Positions 10,188 through 18,760 of a stretch of 19,700 nt of DNA are shown here, piece by piece (within the stretch, counting starts at the first letter, position 1; each line of letters opens with the position of its first letter). The notes under the pieces are model-generated. The model saw only the letters and a list, made by a program, of their open reading frames with translations. It was not told the DNA's origin and searched no databases. This stretch comes from a virus. The DNA lies in UHGV virus genome UHGV-1796434; one strand, given 5' to 3'. A program made the position numbers and the translations under genes.

Positions 10188-10690
10188 CTGTGTCGTCGCT
10201 CCGGCTTCAGTGATTTACGCAATTCCCGCGCCAGAAAATAGCGTGTCCAGCTGCGGTTCTTTTCAAGCGTTTCCACCATAAAGTTATTACGTGGAGCCAG
10301 CCGCCAGCCGCTGCCACCGGATGCACCACGATGATGACTACGACGACGTTTTGCTCCTCCCCGGACACCAAAAAACAGAAACGCCGGATAGAAGTCACCA
10401 GAGATCATCCGGTTCCCCTTCCCGTTGCGCTGGTTAGGGGCAATGCGTGTCATAAAACCGGCTCGCTTTTTACTGGCTCTCGGCACCATGTAACCAATCG
10501 AACGAGCCAGGCGTCCGGTCTGATAACCGGGGTTTTCACCCGGTGCCGACCGCGCACGGCGCATCACCAGCCGACGGGCATCACGCATATGACGCTGCCC
10601 AATCGTGACAAACGCCCGCCGGACACGGGCGCGGTTAAAGCGCATCTCCGCGGGCTGCTGAACATCAACGTGAAAAAAGGGAGTCGCCAT
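10184..10690 (-). CDS. HK97 gp10-family neck/tail completion protein
   Basis: 168 aa basic track ORF following the head-tail adaptor gene; true start may lie downstream of the track start because it overlaps the upstream gene. Confidence 0.5.
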   Translation of the reverse strand: MATPFFHVDVQQPAEMRFNRARVRRAFVTIGQRHMRDARRLVMRRARSAPGENPGYQTGRLARSIGYMVPRASKKRAGFMTRIAPNQRNGKGNRMISGDFYPAFLFFGVRGGAKRRRSHHRGASGGSGWRLAPRNNFMVETLEKNRSWTRYFLARELRKSLKPERRHR

Positions 10691-11075
10691 TGCTGCCTCC
10701 GTGACTCTGCGTAAATTCGCCCAGTTCCGTACACTCCAGCAGCAGAAAGCGCCGCGCCCCGTTCAGATCGCGCTGACGTTTCACCCGGTACACACTGTCA
10801 TCACAGACCACCTCATAATCAGCAGTGATCCCCCGGCGGTAGCGAATGGTGATGTAATGGGTGATGGCGTCTCCGGTCTGCGCGGTTTCCTGCCAGGTGG
10901 TGGCACTGGTCTGGATAACCTTCGCCCATGTCCGGAACGTAACCGGGTATTGAGGCTCCACGCCAAAGTTATCCGCGGGCATATCCACCCGCAGGCGGAT
11001 CAGGACGCGTTTATTCAGTTCACCGGGGTCCGGCAGAATGTAGGTTGCGCTGGTCTGCGCCTGACGAATTTTCAT
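10665..11075 (-). CDS. Head-tail adaptor (head closure) protein
   Basis: 136 aa track ORF, second gene after the major capsid in the usual HK97-like order. Confidence 0.55.
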   Translation of the reverse strand: MKIRQAQTSATYILPDPGELNKRVLIRLRVDMPADNFGVEPQYPVTFRTWAKVIQTSATTWQETAQTGDAITHYITIRYRRGITADYEVVCDDSVYRVKRQRDLNGARRFLLLECTELGEFTQSHGGSNGDSLFSR

Positions 11076-11395
11076 TGCGGAAAGTACCTGTACGGGCCGA
11101 CAAGCCAGCCAAAACTCTGCGGCATGTCGAGTTTCTCCACTTCCGTAACCGACGAGCGGTTTTCGTAAAAATGGCTGATAAGCATCAGCATCCCCAGACG
11201 AATATCATCCGGCAGGTGCAGCCCGTCCGGATCGCTCTCCGGAATGGTTTCATCCGGTGCATAGAGCTTCCGGTTCAGATACGTTTCCGTCCGCTTTTGC
11301 GCCGCACAGGCCAGCAGTTGCAGATGGCGGTCATCAGCATCGAAATCCTCATCCAGCCGGAGTTGGGCTTTAATCTCTTCCATTGTCAGAAGCAT
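11072..11395 (-). CDS. Head-tail connector protein (gp6-like)
   Basis: 107 aa track ORF; sequence style and position typical of gp6-like connector proteins. Confidence 0.55.
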   Translation of the reverse strand: MLLTMEEIKAQLRLDEDFDADDRHLQLLACAAQKRTETYLNRKLYAPDETIPESDPDGLHLPDDIRLGMLMLISHFYENRSSVTEVEKLDMPQSFGWLVGPYRYFPQ

Positions 11396-11397
11396 AC

Positions 11398-11598
11398 TCA
11401 GCCCTCTTTACTGGCCGTGGCTTTTTTCTCTTTTGCCGCTTTACTGCTTTTTGCACTGGTTCCGCGCTCTGCTAACCCGGCCTGAAGTGCAATCTCCTGC
11501 ACCCGGGCAGGAAGCGCCCCGTCGTCATACTCACCGGCCCGAATGACCTCAACACGCATACCGTCCGGTGACCATTTCAGATCTTGTTTCAGGATCAT
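11398..11598 (-). CDS. Hypothetical small protein with Lys/Ala-rich C-terminal tail
   Basis: 66 aa track ORF between capsid and connector genes; ATG verified at 11596-11598. C-terminus TSAKSSKAAKEKKATASKEG is low complexity and basic. No family recognised. Confidence 0.35.
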   Translation of the reverse strand: MILKQDLKWSPDGMRVEVIRAGEYDDGALPARVQEIALQAGLAERGTSAKSSKAAKEKKATASKEG

Positions 11599-11620
11599 GA
11601 TTCTTCACCCGTCAGAACAG

Positions 11621-11640
11621 GGGGCGCGGTTCCGCGCCCC
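11621..11640 (-). other. GC-rich stem-loop immediately downstream of the major capsid gene
   Basis: GGGGCGCGG-TT-CCGCGCCCC at 11621-11640, between the capsid stop (11648) and the next start (11598). No U-tract, so more likely an mRNA stability or processing element than a terminator. Confidence 0.3.
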
Positions 11641-11647
11641 TGAGTGA

Positions 11648-12853
11648 TTACGCCGCTGCAATCTTCAGCAGTTTGATGGCCTGCGAATCGACCAGCATCC
11701 CGCCGGTGCGCTTGGTGGTATAAAAACCGACAAACGGTTTATTGGTGTACGGGTCACGCAGAATGCGGGTGCCGATACGGTCAACGATGGTGTAACCCCG
11801 TTTGAAGTTACCAAATGCAATGGCTTTCGCATCAGCGGCGATATCCGGCATCTGTTCGTTTTCAGCGATACCGTAACCCGCCAGAGAGGACGGCTGCCCC
11901 AGTTCCAGCCCCGGACGCCACAGATAGTTACCCTCGGTGTCTTTCAGCAGACGGATGGCAAACAGGCTGTTGTTGTTCATCATGAACTTCGCGCCAGTGC
12001 GGTGTGCCTTACGCAGCGTGTAAATCAGTTTGATAATGGCGTCTGCGGTCACCGCGGTCGCTTCGCCGGATACAATATGCTGAAGTTTGCCGAACGCCCG
12101 GACCTTGTCGGTTTCATCAGTGGATTCATACGCCAGGAACCCTTTCGGCTTCTTGGTGCCATCGCCTGAGGTAAAGGCAATTTCTTCCTGTTCGGCAAAT
12201 TCGGTTGCCAGCTCGCTGTTGATCCAGGCCTCCACGTTGAAGAAGGCATCGTCCAGCATTTTCTGGGTAGCCTGCGGGTTGCCGTAGATTTCCCCCATGA
12301 GAGGTTCAATCAGCTCCAGTCTGGAGGTGGCAGTCTGGGATCGCGTATCCGTTTCCCCCACCCACCCGGAAGCCGTACCGCCCAGATTCACCAGTTTTTT
12401 GTAGTCGGAACCGCCAACGGTGATCACCGTGGCTTCCTGACGCATCACCACTTCATCTTTCAGCAGGTTAAGAATGTTGCGATCCAGTTCTTCCGGCACG
12501 GCGTAGCCACCGTCTTCATCGGTACCCACCTGCAATGCCTTACGCTCCAGATCGCGCAGACCGTCTTCACGGCCTTTACGTAGAAAGCCCACAAACGCCT
12601 CTTTATGCTCGGTGGCCAGTTTATTTTGCGCTCCACCTGCCGGACGTTTCAGCTCAAGCAGCTCTTTTTCAAGGTCGCTTTTGAGATTTTCCAGCTCGCT
12701 GAGTTTCCCGTTCAGGGTTTCCACCTGCCCGGCAAGCTTGCCTTTTTCCTGCTCAATCGCATCCACGCGCTTGTCGTTCTTTGCTTTGAAGTCGTCAAAC
12801 TTCTGCTGCAGCTCCTGCGCGACCTGTTCGACATCTTTAATATCAACCGCCAT
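11648..12853 (-). CDS. Major capsid protein, HK97 family
   Basis: 401 aa track ORF; ATG at 12851-12853 with AGGAGA SD. Charged coiled-coil-like N-terminal segment followed by a capsid-type body; position after the protease. Confidence 0.8.
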   Translation of the reverse strand: MAVDIKDVEQVAQELQQKFDDFKAKNDKRVDAIEQEKGKLAGQVETLNGKLSELENLKSDLEKELLELKRPAGGAQNKLATEHKEAFVGFLRKGREDGLRDLERKALQVGTDEDGGYAVPEELDRNILNLLKDEVVMRQEATVITVGGSDYKKLVNLGGTASGWVGETDTRSQTATSRLELIEPLMGEIYGNPQATQKMLDDAFFNVEAWINSELATEFAEQEEIAFTSGDGTKKPKGFLAYESTDETDKVRAFGKLQHIVSGEATAVTADAIIKLIYTLRKAHRTGAKFMMNNNSLFAIRLLKDTEGNYLWRPGLELGQPSSLAGYGIAENEQMPDIAADAKAIAFGNFKRGYTIVDRIGTRILRDPYTNKPFVGFYTTKRTGGMLVDSQAIKLLKIAAA

Positions 12854-12867
12854 CGTATTTCTCCTGA

Positions 12868-13518
12868 TTAGAAGTTCAGATTTTTCAGTGCATTTAGTGC
12901 AGAGCCCACATCCTCAGCGTCGCGCAGGGACAGTGCGCCATAGCCCCCGGCCATGAATGCTTTGGCCTGGGTACGGGAGAGTCCGACATCACGCAGGACT
13001 CTTTCGATTTTTTTCTGTTCGGGGATTTCCCCGCGGGCCAGCGCGTTCTTGACGTCGCTGATCCGCGCCTCGTCGTTAGACGGAAACGTCACCAGACTGA
13101 CTTCCCAGAGGTCGATTTCTTTCAACAGAAAGGCTTCTTTGCTCCGGTCGTATTCCCAGTCTTTCAGGACGTACCCAATAGAAAGGCCGGTTAACGAACC
13201 GGCCTTCATGTGTGCATGTGCGCGTTTTGCGAGGGGATCATCATCAATAAGCAACCGTCCCCTGACGTAAAGCCCGACATCGTCTTCCTTCATTTCGGTG
13301 TAAACACCGATGGGTTCATCCATGCGGTGCTGCCAGAGCAGCGCAGGTAACGCTTTTCTGTCACTCCACGCCCGCAGGGAAGCAGCAAATGCCCCGGACA
13401 TCACCACATCATCGTGGCTGTCCTTTACACCAAAGACGGAGCCATACCCTTCAAACTCACCGGAGTCACTGACAGATTTCAGACTCAGCGGTACATCAAG
13501 ACGTTGTTTCGTCTGCAT
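12868..13518 (-). CDS. Prohead maturation protease, HK97 family
   Basis: Track ORF is 12868..13554 (228 aa). I prefer the internal ATG at 13516-13518, which has an AAGGA SD 8 nt upstream, whereas the first ATG has none. Product starts MQTKQRLDV... with an SGEFEGYGSVFGVKDSHDDVV motif typical of HK97-type proteases. Confidence 0.7.
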   Translation of the reverse strand: MQTKQRLDVPLSLKSVSDSGEFEGYGSVFGVKDSHDDVVMSGAFAASLRAWSDRKALPALLWQHRMDEPIGVYTEMKEDDVGLYVRGRLLIDDDPLAKRAHAHMKAGSLTGLSIGYVLKDWEYDRSKEAFLLKEIDLWEVSLVTFPSNDEARISDVKNALARGEIPEQKKIERVLRDVGLSRTQAKAFMAGGYGALSLRDAEDVGSALNALKNLNF

Positions 13519-14737
13519 TGGCGTTATCCTTCTGCTTACCGGCTTTACTGCCATCGGAGGGTTTCGTGGTCATGTTCATCGGTGTGAGATAGACATCCCC
13601 ACCGGGACGCGGATTCATATCTTCCAGGCCGCGGCAGTCATTGGGAGAGTAAATTCCCCAGTTAATCCCGGTGGCGTAGGCTTCAAAACGGGACTTCATA
13701 TCCCCGCGCAGTAACGCCCCGGCGTTAAATTTGGCGTAATAAACGCCCTGCTTACTTTTTCGTACCAGTCCGGTGTTGATCCGCTGCTCAATGCGGGTCA
13801 GATACGGCACCAGTGAATAGTTGATAAATCCGAGCCCCAGCTCTTCGATATTGTTGAAGGTGGCGCGATCGGTGTTCTGCACCATGTGCAACGGCACCCG
13901 GAACAGACGACAAATTTCTTCAAGCTGAAACTTGCGGGTTTCCAGGAACTGGCTGTCCTCTGCGTTCAACGCCATCGACTTCCAGTCCAGCCCCATCTCA
14001 AGGATCATCGGGCGGTGAGCATTGCCAAGCCCGGTGTGACGCTCCTCAAAATCTTTCTTCAGGCGCTCATAAGCCTGATCCGACAGCGTCTGCTCTGTAC
14101 GCAAAACACCCGACGTCACCGCGCCATTGCTGAACAGTCTGGCCCCGTGCTCTTCGGTCGCTGCCGCCAGCGATATTGCCTCGCGGGCATAGGCGATGGG
14201 ATTCAGCCCCACCAGTCCGTCCAGCGTCAGCGTACGCACATGCCAGATATCCTCCTGGCTCAGTACATCCGTGGAGCCATCCGGGAATGTGACCTGATAG
14301 ACCGGTTCCCAGCTACTGTTAAGCTTCGGTACCACACAGCCGGGATCGACGGGCAGCAGTTCAGCCACTTCGCCAAATGCTTTCACTTTGTAGGCGTAAA
14401 AGTTTCCCCGCAGGCACAGACAGGTGACCACCAGCTCCCAGAACTCCTGCGGCGTCATATAGCCATTGGGATGCGTGGAGATCAGTTTATGCAGACGTTC
14501 GCCGGTGGCTCTCTGCTTCAGGCTGCCGTTCAGGTGATACAGATTGCAGGGCAACATCCCGACCGACTCTGCCAGCACTCTGACGCAGGAAAAAACCGCC
14601 GTCAGTCGCATAGCCCGCTGACTGCTGATCTGCTTTCCGGTATAGGTGTCATACGACAGCCCGATGGCATCCGCCAGCTCTGCTGGCGTGGTCACCGGTG
14701 CGTCACTTTTTCGTTGAAATAATCCCGAAAAGAACAC
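13496..14737 (-). CDS. Portal protein, HK97 family
   Basis: 413 aa track ORF; GTG start at 14735-14737 with GGAGGT SD, overlapping the stop of the upstream small ORF by 1 nt. Confidence 0.8.
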   Translation of the reverse strand: MFFSGLFQRKSDAPVTTPAELADAIGLSYDTYTGKQISSQRAMRLTAVFSCVRVLAESVGMLPCNLYHLNGSLKQRATGERLHKLISTHPNGYMTPQEFWELVVTCLCLRGNFYAYKVKAFGEVAELLPVDPGCVVPKLNSSWEPVYQVTFPDGSTDVLSQEDIWHVRTLTLDGLVGLNPIAYAREAISLAAATEEHGARLFSNGAVTSGVLRTEQTLSDQAYERLKKDFEERHTGLGNAHRPMILEMGLDWKSMALNAEDSQFLETRKFQLEEICRLFRVPLHMVQNTDRATFNNIEELGLGFINYSLVPYLTRIEQRINTGLVRKSKQGVYYAKFNAGALLRGDMKSRFEAYATGINWGIYSPNDCRGLEDMNPRPGGDVYLTPMNMTTKPSDGSKAGKQKDNANADETTS

Positions 14738-14919
14738 TATTTACCTCCGCCGACAGACGACTGTGTACGGTCGAGATATCGCGCCACCAGCCACGACCAG
14801 AACAGGCACAGCGCCCCGGCAACAACAAAACCCGCCGGGGGATAAATCAGCCAGGCACCATACGCCAGCAAAAGCGCACCCAGCACGCCCACCAGAGGCG
14901 CGAGAATCAGCATGATCAT
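14737..14919 (-). CDS. Small hydrophobic protein with two predicted transmembrane segments
   Basis: 60 aa track [66 protein letters not shown] at 14917-14919 with GAGGT SD placed just after the terminase stop; its stop overlaps the portal start. Confidence 0.45.
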
Positions 14920-14930
14920 AATTACCTCAG

Positions 14931-16664
14931 TTAAAGCGAGCGGATCCCGTAGGACTCAATGTGATCAGACAGCGTGTCTTCTTTCTCGTACAGCATGGCT
15001 CTGCCAACCGCCATAATCAGCGCAACTGCACCATCGATTTTGTTTTCCGCCTGCTCCTTGACGGGCTTCACCACATCATCGTTACCCGGAATGGTTTTGC
15101 CGACCACGTTGCCGATACACCAGGTCATGATGGGATTGCCGTCATGATGAAAGCGCCCCGATTCAATCGCCGCTTCCAGCTCTTTCATCGGATCGGACAT
15201 GTTGGTGTAGTTCTGAATGATGGTGACGGGGTTCAGGTCTTCATCAGCAAGGTCATGTGACAGCCCGGTCGCCCCGAAGGGGTCGATGGGTGACTCACTG
15301 ACCGGGCTGATTTTGTTCGCCGCTTTGGCCTCTTCGAGGATGTAGCGATAATCCACCTCCGCACCATCGGTAACGGTCAGAACGCCCATTTCCACCCATT
15401 TCTGAAAGCGTTCGGCTGTCCGGCGATCTTCATTTTTCTCGACGCTGTACACCGTGTCATACGGTACCCAGAAACGCGGGGCCACACTGTAGTAATGCGT
15501 TTTACCGTCAATCTCGCGGGTATAAAGTCGCGCCATGCTGTTCATATCCAGCTTACGCGCCAGGTCAAAGGCCAGAATGCACGGCTGCCCCTCGAACTGC
15601 TCAAGGGTCAGTGATTTATCCTCGCAGCTCTGCCAGCTCACCAGGTTGAAATACGCCGAACGCGCCGACACCCAGATATTGAGGTGTTTTGTTTTAAAGA
15701 CGTTTGCCAGACGGGCGTTATTTTTCGCACGCTGCTGCTGACTTAACAAAAATTCGCGATAAACCGACACGCCAATATTTGGATTGGCTTTTTCCAGCAC
15801 CTGCGGGTCGGTCCAGTCGTCACCTTCATCAACGGTATAGATGATCCCGAACAGTTCATCGTTTGGCACCGAGCCGTTGAGCATCTCGATGACTTCCCGC
15901 CGTTTGTCGTAGCACGGCCCCTCAATGTTGTACCCGGCGGTGGTAATGGCCCACATCAGTGGCTGGCGTCGCGCCCCCATCCCGGTAAGCATCGTGGTGT
16001 AAAGCGCATCTGTGGCGTGCTCGTGATATTCATCCACCACGGCACAGTGGGGTGATGAACCATCACCGGGGTTACCGATCAGCGGTTCAAACCGCGCACC
16101 ATCCTCCGGACGGTTCATGTTTGAGGCGTTAACCTCAATCCCGAACGCTTCCGTCAGCATGGGTGTGCGTTTACACATCAGTCGCGCCGGGCGAAAGACT
16201 TCCCACGCCTGTTTCTCTGTCGTGGCACCGGAATACACTTCCGCGCCGAACTCGTTATCACAGGCAAAACAATACAGGGCAACACCGGCAGAGATTGCCG
16301 ATTTGCCGTTCTTACGGGGAATTTCGGTATACACCTCCCGGAAGCGGCGCAACCGGGTGCCTTTATTGACCCAGCCAAACGCACAGCAGATCACAAATAG
16401 CTGCCACGGCTCCAGCGTGATGGGCATCCGTTTAAATGCCCACTCACCCTTGGTGTGCGGCAACAGCTGAATAAATTTGGCGGCCCGTTCAGCCAGGTCC
16501 TTGTCGAAGCGGTAACGAAACGACTTACTTTTTTCCGCCATCAGGTCATCAAGATGGCGCTGGCAGGCCTGAATCACAAACTGGCAGGCAATAATCTTTC
16601 CGCGCACGACATCCCGGGCATACTGATTTGCAGCATTTACGTTGGGGTAAGATTTCCGGCTCAT
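14931..16664 (-). CDS. Terminase large subunit
   Basis: 577 aa track ORF; ATG at 16662-16664 overlapping the small-subunit stop (ATGA). Contains a P-loop-like PRKNGKS segment; length and position typical. Confidence 0.85.
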
Positions 16665-17155
16665 GATTCGATAATTTTCAGAAACGGGTTAGTGGCTTTC
16701 TTCTTCCCCGCCAGGCCAATCAGACGCTGGCGGCTGCTGGGGTCGAGTCCGAGCATTGCCCCCGTACTGCTCATCTCGGACTCCTGTTCTTTTTTGGCGG
16801 TCAGCTCCGGATTTTTGACCATACCGCCCATTGCACCGGTGATGGTGTTGCCCTGTCTGGCAATATTTTTCACGGCACGTCGCCAGAACTCGTAGGCCAC
16901 GCACCACCGCTCAAGCACCGCGAGGTCAGTCACGCACAGCAGGCCCTGACCGCAGAGTTCTTTGGTTGTCAGTTGCCACATGATCGTGGCGAGAGGGAGA
17001 TCTTCTTCAGCGAACCACTCCGGTGGCTCAACACCTTTGATGGGCGTAAAAACAGGTTCATCTTTATTCAGGGCTCGCTTGCCGGGGTTTCCGGCCAGCG
17101 CCTTGCGCGCCGTTGGCTTGGGGCGACGCCCGGAACGCCCCGCCGTTCCAGCCAT
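16661..17155 (-). CDS. Terminase small subunit (P27 family)
   Basis: Track ORF starts at GTG 17164; I prefer the ATG at 17153-17155 ([14 protein letters not shown]...), which has AGGAG 8 nt upstream. Family call from memory of P27-type small subunits. Confidence 0.7.
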   Translation of the reverse strand: MAGTAGRSGRRPKPTARKALAGNPGKRALNKDEPVFTPIKGVEPPEWFAEEDLPLATIMWQLTTKELCGQGLLCVTDLAVLERWCVAYEFWRRAVKNIARQGNTITGAMGGMVKNPELTAKKEQESEMSSTGAMLGLDPSSRQRLIGLAGKKKATNPFLKIIES

Positions 17156-17205
17156 ATGCGGCACTCCTGGTTAAATTTCATTTTTCGCGGGTATAAAAAA
17201 ACGAT

Positions 17206-17254
17206 GGGGCGGGCAGTCCGGAAGACGTCAGGCCGCAGGGATTTGACCCGCCCC
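17206..17254. promoter_or_regulatory. GC-rich inverted repeat in the HNH-terminase intergenic region; candidate cos/terminase recognition region or terminator
   Basis: GGGGCGGG at 17206-17213 and CCCGCCCC at 17247-17254 flank a 33 nt spacer containing GACGTC; on the minus strand the distal arm is followed by a T7 run. Location matches where HK97-like phages place cos. Confidence 0.3.
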
Positions 17255-17280
17255 TCCCCTCAGGCAGTTGAGAATTATTA

Positions 17281-17631
17281 TCACTTCAACCGTTCACGGG
17301 CCGTCTTCGCCTTATGACACGGCCAGCACAGACTCTGCAGATTACAGTCGGCATCAGTGCCGCCATGCGCTTTAGGGATGATGTGGTCAACGGTTTTCGC
17401 CTCGCGCACCACACCAGCACGCAGGCACAACTGGCATAAACCTTTGTCACGTTTCAGCACACGCGTGCGGATAACGTCCCACTTCGAACCGTAGCCGCGC
17501 TGATGACGGGATTGTCCTGGCTTGTATTGCTTCCAGCCTTCGCTTTTGTGGCTTTCGCAATAACCTGACGGGTCAGTGGTGGTATGGCGGCACCCGCGAA
17601 CACGGCAGGCTTTTGGTGTGCGTGGTGGCAT
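17281..17631 (-). CDS. HNH endonuclease (terminase-associated)
   Basis: 116 aa track ORF; ATG at 17629-17631 with AAGGA SD. N-terminal Cys cluster (CRVRGC...C) and C-terminal HNH motif (DHIIPKAHGG...N...LCWPCH). Sits immediately upstream of the terminase genes, as in HK97-like phages. Confidence 0.8.
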   Translation of the reverse strand: MPPRTPKACRVRGCRHTTTDPSGYCESHKSEGWKQYKPGQSRHQRGYGSKWDVIRTRVLKRDKGLCQLCLRAGVVREAKTVDHIIPKAHGGTDADCNLQSLCWPCHKAKTARERLK

Positions 17632-17720
17632 TATCCGTCCTTCGGTGATGTAGCTGCTTCTGTTGGGTTCATAGTTGAAATCCTGTTACGCCATAGCAAT
17701 GTATCTGCCATCATAATGGC

Positions 17721-17747
17721 AATAAAAAAGCCCCGCGATTGCGGGGC
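17721..17747 (-). terminator. Rho-independent terminator after the 133 aa gene
   Basis: Minus-strand reading AGCCCCGC-AATC-GCGGGGCT followed by TTTTTTAT: an 8 bp GC-rich stem, 4 nt loop and U-tract, about 20 nt downstream of the stop. Confidence 0.55.
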
Positions 17748-17765
17748 TGATGGTTATATAAAATA

Positions 17766-18167
17766 TTAGCCAATTAAGTCGTCAATTTTTTTCTGAATAT
17801 AACCATCCAGCAAACGCCTTGAAACGTCAACTAATGTTCCAATGCTTGCATCTTTAAAGCCGGTCTTGAGAGAATTCCAAACCTCTTTATTCCTGAGAGC
17901 TTCAAGGAAGTCATGACCGCTTGAAGTTAATCGTAACGGTATAACGAACCATGATCCTCCATCAGCAGCCTCAGAGAAACCAAACCCATACTTGCCGTCT
18001 GTTCTAGCAATTAGTTGACGATCAGCCAATAAACGCATATGGAATAAAAATTCATCGGTGCTGTAGTCATACCCAGCCAGCTGCAGCTGCTTTATATCAG
18101 TATGCGGCTCTTCAGACGCCTCGAAAGCTTCCAAAAGACCTTTCAAATACTCGTGATCTATTTTCAT
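17766..18167 (-). CDS. Hypothetical protein, 133 aa (possibly DUF2513-like)
   Basis: Track ORF with ATG at 18165-18167 and AAGGGAA SD 5 nt upstream; followed by a rho-independent terminator. Lies in AT-rich DNA. DUF2513 resemblance is from memory only. Confidence 0.5.
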   Translation of the reverse strand: MKIDHEYLKGLLEAFEASEEPHTDIKQLQLAGYDYSTDEFLFHMRLLADRQLIARTDGKYGFGFSEAADGGSWFVIPLRLTSSGHDFLEALRNKEVWNSLKTGFKDASIGTLVDVSRRLLDGYIQKKIDDLIG

Positions 18168-18241
18168 AACATTCCCTTTTATGAATGAGGGAATAATTTA
18201 ACATTAAACTAGGCACTTGATGAATACTTGGCGTAATGTCG

Positions 18242-18436
18242 CTAGTGGTCGAGTTGCAATACACCGTGATTCAGTAACTCTAAATAAGCGATGAGCCCGG
18301 CATAAACGGGGATAAACTCACAATCATCTTCGAATTCTGGGATTATTCCGGTTGCGATGGTGTATTGAGGCTGGCTATCTTCCTTCGCGAAGGATGCAAG
18401 GTCTTCAAACTGCTTAGCTGTAAGAACCACTGTCAT
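18242..18436 (-). CDS. Hypothetical small acidic protein, 64 aa
   Basis: Track ORF MTVVLTAKQFEDLASFAKEDSQPQYTIATGIIPEFEDDCEFIPVYAGLIAYLELLNHGVLQLDH, with 11 Asp/Glu against 2 Lys. Start lies directly after the upstream terminator hairpin. No family recognised. Confidence 0.4.
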   Translation of the reverse strand: MTVVLTAKQFEDLASFAKEDSQPQYTIATGIIPEFEDDCEFIPVYAGLIAYLELLNHGVLQLDH

Positions 18437-18448
18437 ACCTCTGTCGTT

Positions 18449-18473
18449 AAAAAGCCTCGCTATTGCGAGGCTT
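18449..18473 (-). terminator. Terminator-like hairpin after the 73 aa gene
   Basis: Minus-strand reading AAGCCTCGC-AATA-GCGAGGCTT followed by TTTAA; the short U-tract runs into the SD and start region of the next ORF, so termination may be partial. Confidence 0.45.
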
Positions 18474-18490
18474 GGTTCGGAAGCTGATTA

Positions 18491-18712
18491 TTACTTGGTG
18501 AAGTGTCTGATAGCCTTCTCAACTTTTTCGTCAGTGACCATACCGTCACAACGTGCGACGTTATAACTTATCCCGTCTAGTTCGTACTCCTCGATAGGCA
18601 TAGTAAGCACGCCGCCCTTGTCACCCCTGAAGGTAACAATCTCCAGGTCGTCCTGGACAACAACATGATCAAACGCGTCACCCGGTAAAATAGCTATGAC
18701 ATTCTTTGGCAT
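18491..18712 (-). CDS. Hypothetical small protein, 73 aa
   Basis: Track ORF is 18491..18760 from a GTG. I prefer the ATG at 18710-18712 (MPKNVIAILPGDAFDHVVVQDD...), preceded by AAGGGG with 6 nt spacing. Followed by a terminator hairpin. Confidence 0.45.
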   Translation of the reverse strand: MPKNVIAILPGDAFDHVVVQDDLEIVTFRGDKGGVLTMPIEEYELDGISYNVARCDGMVTDEKVEKAIRHFTK

Positions 18713-18760
18713 TTTTATCCCCTTTTTTTTGCGGAGGATTAAATTACCACATTCATTCAC

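Noticed and set aside
116-17317. Many plus-strand ORFs in the track (for example 13886..14722 at 278 aa, 9651..10241 at 196 aa, 1940..2398 at 152 aa, 10701..11168 at 155 aa)
   Set aside because: Each lies entirely antisense to a longer, syntenic minus-strand phage gene in GC-rich DNA where stop-free antisense frames are common. They have no convincing SD and Arg/Pro/Gly/His-rich compositions typical of shadow ORFs.
18713-18760. Upstream GTG start giving the 89 aa version of the 73 aa gene
   Set aside because: The GTG directly abuts the stop of the preceding ORF with no SD, whereas the internal ATG at 18712 has an AAGGGG SD at ideal spacing.
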